Shown here piece by piece: positions 48,527 through 61,771 of a DNA stretch of 64,000 nt. This DNA is from Gnetum montanum. Lineage: Eukaryota; Plantae; Gnetophyta. The stretch spans positions 124,478-188,477 of the forward strand of contig MNCI01001630.1 in the NCBI GenBank assembly GCA_015680685.1, written 5' to 3'. Made by a program: the position numbers and the translations under genes. The notes below the pieces were generated by a model that was not told the DNA's origin, made no database searches, and was given only the letters and a program-made list of their open reading frames with translations. Numbering within the stretch: the stretch's first letter is position 1; each line of letters begins with the position of its first letter.

Positions 48527-49726
48527 AAGACAACATTCATGAGTTCTTAGAGGACTCTTATGTATTGTAATATGTCATTTGGTCTATGTAATGCCCCTGC
48601 AATATTTCAACACCTGGTCCTTAGTATTTTTCAATAGCAAATCAGTAATGGTGTAGAAGTTTTCATGGATGACTTTTCCACCTATGGAGCTACATTTAAG
48701 CAAGCCTTGGACTACCTTAAGTAAGTATTAAAGAGATGTGTTAAAAAAAACTTGCAACTCAACTAGAAAAAGAGCCATCTCATGGTCCAAGAATGCATTG
48801 TGCTAGGGCACCATATTTCACAAAAAGGGATTGATCTAGACCTATAAAAGATAAGGATCATCCAAGGAATAAGATGCCAACCAGAGATAGTTACAGATGT
48901 TTAGTCATTCCTTGGACACACTAGATACTACCAATGGTTCATAGAGAATTTCTCTAAGATCATAAAATCATTGGTAGAGCTTACAAAGAAAGATGCACCT
49001 TTCATCTAGACCAAGGAATGCCAACATGCATTCCAACAGTTAAAAGATAAACTCATAGAAACACCAATCCTAAGAGCACCAAACTAGTCTAAACCATTCC
49101 ACATTATGATGGATGCATCTAACTATGCCTTGGGAGTAGTGCTCATACAAATGGACAATAAGAAATGCCCATACTACATCCATTGTACAAGATGAAGCAT
49201 TATGGGAGCACAGTTAAATTACACCACCACAGAAAAAGAACTAATGGTCGTGGTATATGCTCTAGAAACGTTTAAGCACCATGTGCTTGGCTACAAAGTA
49301 TTTGTGCACACAAACCGTAGTGCAATCCACTTCCTCATGAATAAGCCAACGATGATCCCTCATGTCATATGGTGCCTCATGATCTTGCAGGAATTCAATC
49401 TCATGATGGTAGATTAAAAAGGAATCGAGAATGTAGTCACTAAGCACCTCTCTCACTTAATATGGGATCATAAAGAGGAGGAGAGCCCACTCTTTGTTCA
49501 GTTTCTAGATGAACTCCTCTTTACAGGAGTAATGAATGAACAAACACCTATAGAAACAACATGGTATAATGGCATCCTCACCTATCTTCTCACTCATAAG
49601 ATGCCACAAGACCTTCATTTTAGAAAGAAGCAACAATTTCTTCATCAGGAAAAATACTTTATGGAAATCAACAAACACCTCTACAAGGTGTGTGTAGATG
49701 GCCTAATTCATTGGTAAGTCCCTGAC
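48527..49726 (+). pseudogene. pol: pol of A2: RT C-terminus, RNase H, start of integrase region
   Basis: KTTF..MSFGLCNAPAIFQ..VEVFMDDFS; MDASNYALGVVL; NYTTTEKELMVVVYALETF; LQEFNL. Confidence 0.92.
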
Positions 49727-50599
49727 TGATGAATCATCATCTATGTCAGAAGTGATATCAGGGCTCCGATATCGTGGATTCGATATCAGGGATTCGATGT
49801 CGGGGTCAGTGAGCAATGCCGAATATTTGATGTTGTTTCTACTAGGCTTGCTTATACATATTACATAGGATGGGGATAGAGAGATTCAGTCAGTATTAGA
49901 GTAGGATCTTTTTGTTAGTTTCAATCCATTTCAATTCTTTCACCAATACATGCCCATAGTGTGATGATTGTAATTGTAATTGTACGGAACCTTTATTTGA
50001 GTGTGACATACTTGGACATGCACATGATCGACAATAAAGATCGAGATTACTCCATCATTGCAACATTCACTTAGTTTTAATGATTTAATTATTATTGTTA
50101 TTTATCATTTTCTTAATTAATATTTCTTTATTGTCATTTATTATTCCTATTGTTAAATGCGGAATGAGTATGACTTAATCACGAACATTGAAGTATAACT
50201 ACTTAGTAACCTAGTAGTGTATTTAGGAGTGCTTAAGTAATGTGTGCTTGGTAATCCCATAAGTAGTACATGAGGTCCAAGATGTGTATGGATGATTAAG
50301 AACAAATGCTCATCACACTTAGGCTAGCTAGACTTCATTTCCTATTTCTTCTTAGTCTAATCAAGATTATTTTCCATTGTCTCTAGGAGTAGCCTAGTGA
50401 TAGAAATCATATCATACACCTCACTCTGAACTAAACCATACATGATAAATGAATACTACTCTAGGTGGGAAGATAGCAAATTGTGATCAATGTGTAACTA
50501 TCTAGGTACCATAACTAGTCCATTTGTACATTTTGACCAGATCGTGTGTACACACTTGTATTCGTATGGTTGAGTGTAGGGGTACCTCACTACTCACCA
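49727..50599 (+). repeat. 5' LTR of D
   Basis: Direct repeat of 57628-58486. Confidence 0.93.
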
Positions 50600-50600
50600 T

Positions 50601-50618
50601 TGGCACCATTGCCAGGGA
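50601..50618 (+). other. PBS (tRNA-Asp type) of D
   Basis: TGGCACCATTGCCAGGGA equals TGGCGCCGTTGCCGGGGA with CG>CA changes. Confidence 0.88.
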
Positions 50619-50731
50619 CAGTGCTAGTTACTTAGATTAGTTACATCATCCAAGATCGCTGTAATGAAGCCTTGATGATATATCTTTTAAAAACAAGTAA
50701 TTGCAAATAAGTCACACACAAATTCACAACA

Positions 50732-51560
50732 ATGTCTCTCTCACAAAACTATGATAACGCAACAACTAGTAATGCAATTCATTGGAGAACCAATGAATTA
50801 TATGATGATGAAGATGAAATTTGGAGTACTCAATTTTATGCAAGGGTCCCCTATGTACATAAACAAAGAAAACATCATTCCAACTCACAAATTCATTGCT
50901 TACCTAGTGGTGATGAACCCCTGCTAGCCACTAAGAGCCTAATGCATATACGAGAGGCTATTCGAATATCCCACAAGCATCATAGGGAAAGCCATTTACC
51001 CAAGCTTAATTTAAACAAATTTTCCAAGTTTTTAGGAGGCTATGATTTAGACCCACAACATCATTTACAACCCTTCCATGATGCCTATGTATGGAACAAT
51101 ATTAATAATGGGTGGCAAAAACTTAAGCTCTTTCCTATGACCCTCATTGGCCAAGCAAAAGTATGGTACAGGTCCTTAAGACAAAAATCAATTCGACGTT
51201 GGCTGATAATGGTAGAACTCTTCAATGAAAGATATCAAACCTATGCAAGAGTGTCAGCCTTGAGGAAAAAAATCCAAGAGTGAAAACAAGCACAACATGA
51301 ACCCTTGGACATGGCCTTAGAAAGATATTATTCGTTGTTAAACAATTGCCCAAGTCATAAATTCTTTTAGAAAAGGCTAATGTACCATATCATGGATGGG
51401 CTTTGTAATCAAACAAGGAAAACCCTAGGGATGTATGCCTAAGGTCAACTATATGAGCTATGAACCCACCAATTCTAAGAGCTTATTAAGCAAGTAGCAA
51501 AAGAAGAAGGAGAAATGGCTAAATGAGAGAATGTTGAAAGCTCTCAATGGGATCAAAATC
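50732..51560 (+). pseudogene. gag: gag of D
   Basis: KFLGGYDLDPQHHLQPFHD..WQKLKLFPMTLIGQAKVWYRSL. Confidence 0.88.
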
Positions 51561-54134
51561 TTGAAATAGAAAAGGTCCATGATCAGGAAAAGAAGAAATC
51601 AACTCACCTCAAGGAGGAGAAATCATCTTTACCAATACTGCAATCACTAGACAAGATTGAGGCAAATATTAATAAGATGATAGACTGGGTGCATGAAAAA
51701 TGTAGAGAATATGCCAACATTATTAGAGGTGGAACTATGTTAAATCAAGAAACAAGACAGGACACCACACAATAATCAGAATGAAGGGTTGAAGATAATA
51801 AGAACAGAAACTCAACTGCAAATCACCTGTATCAATGTAATATTTTCTTGTATGATCACCCCAAAGGTCAATGCCTAATCTTGTCACATTTACATGAGCA
51901 TTGGGGAGGAATGTTACATCCAGAGTTCATACAAAAATACCATGTTCAACCATAGTGGCAAAAACCCCAATCGTGGGGGAGGCCACCATCAAATTGGCCA
52001 CACCCTTCATACCATCTGAACTCAAGTGCTTATTATGTTCAGCATCATGTTTCCCCAACTATATCAACATCCTCTATTTCACCACATCATTATCATTCTC
52101 TTGAGTACTATCAACCCATGTCCTCTTCAACAAGATCACCACCTCATGTTCCTTACACTTCTCCTTACCCTCAATATTCTCATCATTCACCTCCTTCTAC
52201 ATCACCACCAATTGTTCCAAAAGTTTTTGCACCATAGCACCAATCCATAAGCATTACTTATGCTACTACTATCAATAGTAGTGGAGGTCCTCTACAACAT
52301 CAAAAGCATCCTTTCTTTAGGCATGATGGTAGAAAGAGACAACACAGTTCAAAAACCACTGCATCCTCCAACTCAGCACAAGTTCAACGCTATGACGCAT
52401 CTACCTCCTCAAACTCAACACCTCCTATTACCTTAGTAGGGCCACCAATCAATGCTCCAACAACCATGCGGCCCAACAAATATAACCATGTAGGAAGACA
52501 TATTGATCTTTGCATACCATCTTATGGTCATGGGTGCCGTAGTGGATCAACTCCTTATCACATGACTACATCTTATAATTTGCCCCACTATTCTTACATT
52601 AATCAAGTGTGTGAACCCAAATTTGGGTATATTCTAACCACCACATCAAAAGACTCTCAATGTTTTGGATATGACCAAACTCCAATGTTCCCAAAATGCT
52701 TGGATCCAAATTTTCCATTTATTAATTCTAACCATGCTCAAAGGTTTAGTTATGGGGGATATCCTCCATTCTAACAAGAAAAATTCATAAATATTTTTCC
52801 TTTTCTTTGATTTTACAATTTTTTGTTTTCTAGTTTTTCATTTCCAATTTGTTGTTTTATCTTTTTGAGGGTAATCTCATCAACAAATAGAATACTCATG
52901 TGACTTGTCAATTGAGGTGTTTTTCTATGCTATCAAGTCTCACGTAACTAATTATTTGGATAGCAAGCCCACAACATCCACCCATGAATTCTATTAATAA
53001 GAGGTTCTACTCTAGAAATGATGATATTCTTTTCATCATTAAAACTTAAAGTAATTTTATGCTCATTATGCCCAAAGTAAAAAATGATGGACTAAGAGGG
53101 AATGGCCAAGGTGTGACATCAAGGGGACTTATGGATTCTTTTTGGTGGCATCTATAGTTGCTATCATGCAGCCTAGTTGTACTAAGATCTTTGTAGATCT
53201 AACAAAAAATGGGAGCAAGAGTAATACAAGCACTCAATAATGAAACTTTATACTATTTCAGGGGTCCCACTGGAAAGATATGCACCCATGCTTGAAGGTT
53301 GGTAGCTTCTCCGGTTCACTGTTGGAAAGGAAAAGGTGCCAAAGCAACTAAAAAGAAAGAAAAAGAAAAAAAGAAAGAGAAAGAAAGAACAGATCAAGAA
53401 AAATGGGCTGCAGAGAAATCCCAAATCACTCCTCCCTTGGACAAAACACCAAGTGAACATACACCTTGTTGTCATGATGCTCTTATGGTTTCCCATCATC
53501 GAATGAAATAATGTGATGTCACTGATCGTGGGAATGGACTTAGTCTCAATTTTGGAGCAATGGGTTAATGACATACTAATCACACACTACACTTAAGATT
53601 CATTGTGCCTTGGGTCAGTTACCTCATGTCCCAATATCTACAATCCATTTTATGATTCACCTCATCTCGTTGTTCATGTATTTTTGACTTATGTCTTGTG
53701 TAGCATTGCATTCATACCTCATCATGGAGGTATCTACATGTGTGAGTTTTGTGGAACTAGTATGGATTACATTTAATGCCGTAGGTGCCTATAGACACCT
53801 TTTGGCATGGTTACATGTGCCTTCCTTAGAGAGGACCCACTTGTGTAACTCTTGTGTCTTTTACTTGATTTTCAATACCACCCAATTTATGCATTTTCCA
53901 CTGTGTCTTAATGCCTATCATTCCACCTTTGCCTAACTATACCCTCTTCACTTGTGTGCATTATATTTTTCCCTAGCATTATCCCAATAATATTTATAGG
54001 TTTTTAATGTTTTGGTACCTCAAACACTTTTATTCTTACCCTTGAATTATTCTCCCTCTATCAAATTGTTCGTTGAGTGTTTTTCTACACACTCCAATAT
54101 TGGATCCCCGATGTCGGGTACCTGATGTCAAGGC

Positions 54135-54152
54135 TATAAAAACTATATATAC
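54135..54152 (+). promoter_or_regulatory. TATA-like internal promoter of the D accessory ORF
   Basis: TATAAAAACTATATATAC; CTATATATAC recurs at 61307 in A2 at the equivalent position. Confidence 0.55.
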
Positions 54153-54659
54153 GACACTTAGCCACACTTCAAATTTCATTTTCACACCATAACATAAGGG
54201 GAGTTTTGTAGTTTTTCTTCTCTAGTGATTTATGCTCTGCACGCCCTTCATCCACATGCCATATCTCATTCATTCGCACTCTATTTTTCGTACCATTTGC
54301 CACTATCTATCCCTGGAGTGTCCATCTCAGTCATGCAGGGGATTGTCATGTTCACCTAACATCACATTTTTTTGAAAATTGCTATTGCCCAAAAGGTATT
54401 TTAAGGGTAAATAAGGAATACACTAAAGAAAAATTAAAGCTAATTAAAGTAAATAAACATTTCCCACCATGCCAAAGATACTTTTTATGTATCCCTAAGT
54501 CCCTTGACTATCTTATTAGGCTATTTTGAAAAAAAAATAAAGCCTTAACTCTACAATCTAATATGGCTATAATGTATACTGAAGGTTGACTAAGGCATAA
54601 ATTAGTAACATGATCAATACAAGGATCCATTAGTAACCTAATGTTTTGTGTAATTGCAA

Positions 54660-57479
54660 ATGGCCCCCAAACGAGCAACCCAAGGTGATCCATCATAGGG
54701 ATTGAGCAAACACCCCTAAGGAAACCAAGGTTGAACTAGCTAGCAAGGGGCACCAATTGAGCAGGAGGCACAATCATTTAGCATCCATCAAGAAGCCCTT
54801 GCAGAAGTCCTTGCCAAAGCTCAATCTATGTAGTCAGAGGCAGCATCTCAAGTGCAAGGACAATGACTCACATTGTCATCGAAATGCCTTGCTGTAATTC
54901 AGGCATGTCCCACGTTGGCCTTGATCATCATGGAAATGAACTTCGGGTCATTCATGGAGTTCGCTCCTCAATTAGAAAGGACACAATTGCAAGCGTCTCT
55001 ATTTTGGCCAATTTTGTCTAAAAATGTAGAATGGTACCTTGGGAAGGCCTATTCTTTTTGGCATGGTAGAGAAGAAGGTACCACTGTAAGAATTGGTGGG
55101 ATCACAGTCTCTTATTTCATCAAGGCAATCGCTGAAGCCCTAAATTTGCCAAATGTTGGAGCACAATTGTCAGTTTTTTCAACCTAACCTAATCCGGAGA
55201 GCCGTAAGCTATGGTTGAAATGTGCTTTTGATGAAGAGAATAATTTATACAATGGACTGAGCCTAGAAGAGTGTACCTATTTCAAAATTGGGACATATCA
55301 TTTGTTCCCAATAAAGGGCTCAATCTTCTATCCACCTATGTGGCTCGAGCATGTGCTATGTTAATGGGAAAATTTCAAGCTAACATTCCCCAACTATACT
55401 TCATGGAGATCAAGTGGTGGTTCAAAGAGGTGAAGATGGGAAAGCTCACTTTTTCATTCCCCTATCTAATTCGGAAACTATGTCAACGTGCTAGAATCCT
55501 TGGTTATACCAATGATGTATCCTGCAAAGCTCAAAATGCTTCTTTTGTAGAACTTCTCAAACCAGTGCCTCCAAGAAAAGATCTCGAAGAGGTGGAAGAA
55601 TAGGAAGAGCAGTAACCAGAGTAGGGATACATCACCTAATTGGAGTAACAAATCAAATAGCCTAGGCACCAGTTAGCGTAGGCCAAGTAGCAATAGGAAG
55701 TAGGACCCAGTCATAGACCACAGTCTGAATAACTATCATCGCCATCTCAACCATCTTAGCAACAGCCACCAATTTATGATTACAAGCCCACACTTAGTCA
55801 TCTTCGATGGATCTTAGACCTTATGAGCTAGGGAACATCCAATGAGGCAAGTCTCTTTTGAGTTCTTGATGATCCAGTCTAGTCCACAGTGTCTACTGAT
55901 TCTGCCATAAGTCAAGTTTCACTTCAGTCCTAGCGTGAGGACCAATGGTCATAAAAAATCTTTGGGAATGTTGCATCATTTCAAGTACTACTTGAAACTG
56001 GTGAAGGGGCTACACTTGTATTCATGCAACACCAATATGTGGTGGGTGCAGTAGATGTTATCAAGGATCACATTAAAAAATCCTTTAACATCCCTATTGT
56101 ACCACCAACGGATCTCATAGGTGCGCAAGATACGCAAGCATTGGTTGGTCCCACCATGACTCTAGCTAAACACAAGGATGTGTTGGATAGACTACTACAG
56201 ATATGGTAGGTAATGACCTCCTTGTTCGACATCCCCAGAAATGTCACTGTAGCATAGTCTGAACTAATTTCAACCAAAGGAAAACTCAACATTACTAAGC
56301 ACAAGGTTGAGCATGCAAAAGTGGAAGCCCAAAGGCTTCATTAAGAGCTCACAACCTTAAGGGAAGAAAGGCAAGATCCATCTTCATTGATCCCACCCAA
56401 GATAATGGAGGCTTTTGGAGCTAAGCAATTGGCTCAAATGATAGGAGAGAATAAAAACCTAGCACAGGAAAGAGAGCAGGCGGTATGGGATGCTTCTGCA
56501 ACAAAAGCATGAACCCATGTGCATCTCAAGGCCCTTACCACCCTACAAGAAGAAAATAAGCAGTTAACAATAGCAAATGATAAGTTAACCACCATTGAGC
56601 AACAAAAGAATTTGTTAGAAGAAAGTGTCCACTAGTTAAGAGAGTAGCTAGTGTAGGTCAACCACAACATGAGTCACCTCACCCAAGAAAATCGAACCCT
56701 CTCTATGGAGGAGGTATGATCTATCTAACAAAAGTTGCTCATTGAAATAAGCACATGGCAGAATAAGGCCAAAAGGCATGAGCACCTCAAGGAGCACTTC
56801 CGTGACCAAGTGGGCATGTACAAAGAAGTCATTGAAAAAGAAATCTAGATGGCAAAGGGCCAGAACCCAACAATCTAACTAGAGAAACATCTTAGATACA
56901 TATGCCCTTGCTCACCAGGTAGAGGTTAAAAGTTGGAACCTAAAAATTGCTAATCTGAATGAGTACATGGAGTTGGCCAATCTTTGATACACCAACTTGG
57001 CCATGTTGACAACAAGGCATTTGTGCAATGAGCTTGAGAGGCAAGAAACCACCACATATGCATTGTATGAAAAGGAGGTTGTTGACCACAAAGTAGCTCT
57101 TAACAAGCTAGTGGTTGCAACTACAGAATTGGAGGCAGTTAAGGCAAGCTACCATGGATAGAAATATGTAACTATAGACCTGGCCAGATGCTTTTTCGAT
57201 TATCAAGAGTTGAGAGATAAGGCTAAGGCATTTGAAGAGGAGAGACGGTAGTTTGCGGCATGGTATGTAAAAGCCAATCAATTGTTTCTGCAACTACCAT
57301 GTCCATGAGATGTGCCAATTCCCTCACACATCAAATCATCTACATGGACTATGCATGATCCCAAGATAGAAGAGGACAAATTTCAATCACTACTACATCA
57401 TCAAAAGCCCTTGAAACTAGAAGATAAAGGCAAAGTAAAGGAGATTATGGAAGAGCCACCACCTCTTAGCACAACGTAG
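54660..57479 (+). pseudogene. Athila-like accessory ORF of D (putative plant-transposon-protein-like domain plus coiled coil)
   Basis: Starts MAPKR; contains EMNFGSF, IAEALNLPNVG and FPYLIRKLCQRARI; long E/K/Q-rich helical tail; homologous in A1 and A2. Confidence 0.78.
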
Positions 57480-57627
57480 TGGCTCCATGATTTTTGTAAT
57501 GTGTCATCCATTCTATTGTAATAAAATACCACTGTGATGTAATGATTGTCTTGTCAATAAATAGTCCCATACCTTTCACCATTTTGTATGAAACTCGAGG
57601 ATGAGTTTTCATTCAATTGTGGGGGTA

Positions 57628-58486
57628 TGATGAGTCATCATCCCTATCAGAAGTGATATCGGGGCTCTAATATCATGGATCCGATGTCAAGGTCAATGAG
57701 CGATGTTGGATATCCAATGTCATTTGTGCCAAGCTCACTTATAAATATCACATAGGAGGGGGATAGAAAGAGTCAGTCAGTATTAGAGTAAGATCTTTTT
57801 ATCAGTTTCAATCCATTTCAATTTTTTCCTTAGTGCATGCCTATAGTGTGATGATTGTAATTGTAATTGTACGGAACCTTTATTTGAGTGTGACGTACGT
57901 GGACATGCACATGATCGACAATAAAGATCAAGATTACTCCATTATTGTAGCATTCACTTAGTTTTAATTATTTCATTGTTATTATTATTTATCATTTTCC
58001 TAATTAATATTTCTTTACTATCATTTACTATTCCTACTATTAAATGTAGAATGAGTATGACTTAATCATGAACATTAAAGTGTAACTACTTGGTAACCCA
58101 GTAGTGTATTTAGGAGTGCTTAAGTAATGTGTGCTTGGTAATCCCAGAAGTAGTACATGAGGTTCAAGATGTGTACAGATGACTAAGGACGGATGCTCAT
58201 CGCACTTAGGCTAGCTAGACTTCGTTTCCTATTACTTCTTAGTCTAATCAAGATTATTTTCCATTGTCTCCAGGAGTAGCCTAGTGATAGAAATCATATC
58301 ATACATCTCACTCTAGACTAAAAAATATATGATACGTGAATACTAGTCCAAGTGGGAAGATAACAAACTATGATCAATGTGTAACTATCTAGATACCACA
58401 ACTAGTCCATCTGTGGAGTTCAACTGGATCATGCATACATGCTCGTATTCGTCTACTTGAGTGTAGGGGTACCTCGCTACTCATCA
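57628..58486 (+). repeat. 3' LTR of D
   Basis: TGATGAGTCATCA...CTCATCA; TATAAATA at 57740. Confidence 0.93.
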
Positions 58487-59680
58487 CTGACAAAGATCAA
58501 CTACATGTTCTCTAGGATGCTCATGAAGGGCCTTACAAAGGCCACTATGCCAAGAGATTCATGATCATAAAAATCTTCATGGCAAGATACTATTGGCCTA
58601 CAATCTTCATGGATGCCCACCGGTTTGTCTAATCTTGTAAATGTTGTTAATGAGACAAAGGGATAAATGCTTACATGGAAGGTCCTCAATAGTGGATTCA
58701 ACCACTAAAACCTTTTGACATATGGGGCATTGACTTCATGGATCCCATTACACCCATGTCCAATGAAAATGCATATATTATTTTAGTAGTCAACTACTAC
58801 ATAAAATTGGTAGAAGCAATAGCTGTTAGTAATTGTACATCATCCATTGTTGCTAGGTTTATACAAAAAAATATTGTAAATAGATTTGGGGTTCCACATT
58901 CATTAATTTATAATAATGGAACTCATTTCATAGGTGCCACTTTTAGAAAGTTAATGCAATGCTTAGAGGTTGAACATAAATTAACAACACACTACCATCC
59001 CCAAGCCAACAATCAAGCAAAGGTAACTAACCAAGAGATCACAAAAATACTAACATGAACTATTAGCAAATATAGGAAATATTTGAGTACAAAACTTAAC
59101 GATGTCCTCTGGGCTTACTATTCAACATGGAAACTTCCTATTGGCTACTCTCCCTATGATTTGGTGTACAGAAAACTTCCAACCCTCCTGATTCAATCCG
59201 AGCTTCATACACTCTTAAAAACTTGTGATCTAAATCTAAACCTAAGTCTAGCATAGAAATAAATATTGATCAACTTGAATGTCCTAGATTAAAATCAATT
59301 AGTGGCCCTATCTTTGAATGAGGTGCACAAGGCATTCAGTAAGCAACGTCATGACCTCAAAATCAGGAAATTAAAACTTCAACCAGGAGATAAGTTTCTC
59401 TTTTGGAACCCCACACATGTACCTTAGAAGGAAAATTCCCAAACATTGTTGGAGTGACCTTATATAATTAATCAAACCTTTCCCTCTAGGGCCATGTTGA
59501 TCTATAAGCCTAAAGGCCCAAATAAAAAGTAGTTGGTCAACATCCAACAAATAATACCTTTCCTAGAGCCAAGACATGCTAATGCAATTACCACCTTGAT
59601 GGATGAACAACCACATTCCATTCGTTGAATCTCCTCCTTCCAGCTCAGTCATGGAGGAGATGGCCATCTCTGTTGATAAT
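58487..59680 (+). pseudogene. pol: integrase of A2
   Basis: DAHEG..GYYWPT..WGIDFMDP..VVNYYIKLVEAIA..NRFGVPHSLIYNNGTHF..YHPQANNQAKVTNQEI. Confidence 0.92.
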
Positions 59681-61771
59681 TCATATGGCTCCTCAATCTT
59701 TCTACTTTTTTGTTTTTCACGTTTTTCTGATATTACAAGTTATTTATTTTACAATTTTTTAATTTTCAAATTTTTCTAATTTTATACCATTGTTAGTACC
59801 TTTGAACCTTTCTTGGTTATTTTAAATTTTCTTATATATTTTACTTTTTTTTATTTCATTCAAGTGTGATACTTTCTCATTTTTGCTAATAAAATTGCTT
59901 TATTGCCATAGGACATAGGACATAGTGCTGCTGTTCATGTTTATTAATGATAGTTTATGCTTAATGTTGTGATTGTCGATGTCTGGTTTCTATTTTTGAA
60001 TTCTAATGCTTGATAACTTTGACATGATTTATTTTTCATGGAATAGGTAGTGAGTCCACATCATTTGCCCATCCAATAAACTCTATGGTTTTCCTTATTC
60101 TGGGAATTTGAGATCCCTTTCATTAAAGAAACTTTTAATTAATCAGTGACCTTGGTAATTCTAGAATTAGGAAAGATTCAAAGGTTTGTAAAGGATGTAA
60201 CTTCAAGGGAACTCAATAATCTTTGTACTCTTCTACTTGCTTGAGTGCTTGAGTGCTTTTCATGGACTTCCTACTGTTCCATTTCAACCACTAATAGGAA
60301 GGCAAATAAAGTCTTTGCATGATGTGGTTCCCATTCAAAAAAAACAATGGAAATTAAAATCACACCCCTTAGAGACAATAAACAAAAAATTCCTTTCATG
60401 GTGTGGTTCCCATTTCAAAAAAATGACAAGAATTCAAAGTACACCCCTTGGACAAATAAATTGGCTACAAGCACTAGTTATGAGACTAAAATAACATGCA
60501 CCTATGCCTAAAGATCCCCTCTAACTAAGGCCCTCTTTCACTTCCTACTTCTCTCTTTTCTTCTCCTTATGGAATGGTGGTTATCTTGTGGAAGCACTCT
60601 CATGTCTCATGTGGGTGGATCGGTCTTAGGATGGTGATGCAAAGTCACTGAAAGTAAATGGTTTTGGTATGGACTGAGGATAGATCTTCCTAGGTCATTT
60701 TAAACATAAATTCCACAAGAGACTTTTTATGACCTCAATTTGAAACTCCATTCCACCTTCTCTATCATCCATCCATGCTACCATAACTCACCTCACTGTC
60801 ATGTTCTATGTTATTCTCTATATCTTGGTGTGATGTGTTGGAATTCTTAGATAGATTCTATTTGGTTGGTCTTTAACTTTTCATGACCATTAATCAACTG
60901 TGGGGCCCATAGACTTCTTAGTGGAGGTTATGCAAGGGCAACAATGCATGAGCCTAATATGGGAAGGACCCACTTGCATAGCTCTTGTTTTGATTAGTTA
61001 AGGTTCCTTACCTTTAACATTACTACAATCCTATCTTTTGCATATTCCATTATGTATTCTACTCGATGCTCCTTAACCTTTTATTTCATTTATTCCCCAA
61101 ATCAATTTTTTCTTCATTTTTCCAAATTTATGAACTTCAACATCCTCTTCTCATATTTTCATACTGTTCTTAGCCTTTTGAGCTTTCATTTGACCCTAAT
61201 TTCATTCAAAAATTCTTTGTATTTTGCAAGTTTCACCAAAGTCAACGATCATCTACAATGGTCAACAACTATGTACACAAGGCCTCATTGACGTAGTGCA
61301 TAAATCCTATATATACTAATATGCACTTAGGAGTTTTTGATATTTTCCTCATAACACATAGTTAGTTTTTGCAATTTCTTAGATCCAAAAACCTTCCAAA
61401 GCCCATGACTTCCCAACCGTCTGTCCAAATCACTCCATTTTTCGATCCTACACTTACCAAAGGTAAGCTCTTTATCATGGGGGCTACAAACCTTAAGGTT
61501 TCTAATGAAATTTTTTAAAAAAAAATTTCTAACTCCCCAAAAGGGTTAATAAACTCAACAATATACAAACATCAATTTTTTTGAGAGTTAACCCTTTCAA
61601 TAACCTCTGGGATTATTTATGAATAATAACACATAAATAAATAATAATTGGAGTAATCAAATCAGCCATAATCACAACTTAGCCAAGTGTAACTATCCTT
61701 AAGAGCTAAAGGTATCCCAATTGCTTAAGTTACACAACAACTGCTAATCCATGGTCTCACTGTGATTACAT

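Larger units (their letters stand above)
49727..58486 (+). mobile_element. Athila-like element D, non-autonomous (gag plus accessory ORF, no PR/RT/RH/INT)
   Basis: LTR pair TGATGA...TCA(C/T)CA; exact TSD CTGAC (49722-49726 and 58487-58491); PBS TGGCACCATTGCCAGGGA; CTCGAGGATGAG..TGTGGGGG before the 3' LTR. Confidence 0.93.

Noticed and set aside
54660-57479. Calling the Athila accessory ORF a true envelope gene
   Set aside because: I saw no signal peptide or clear transmembrane segment; position alone is insufficient.
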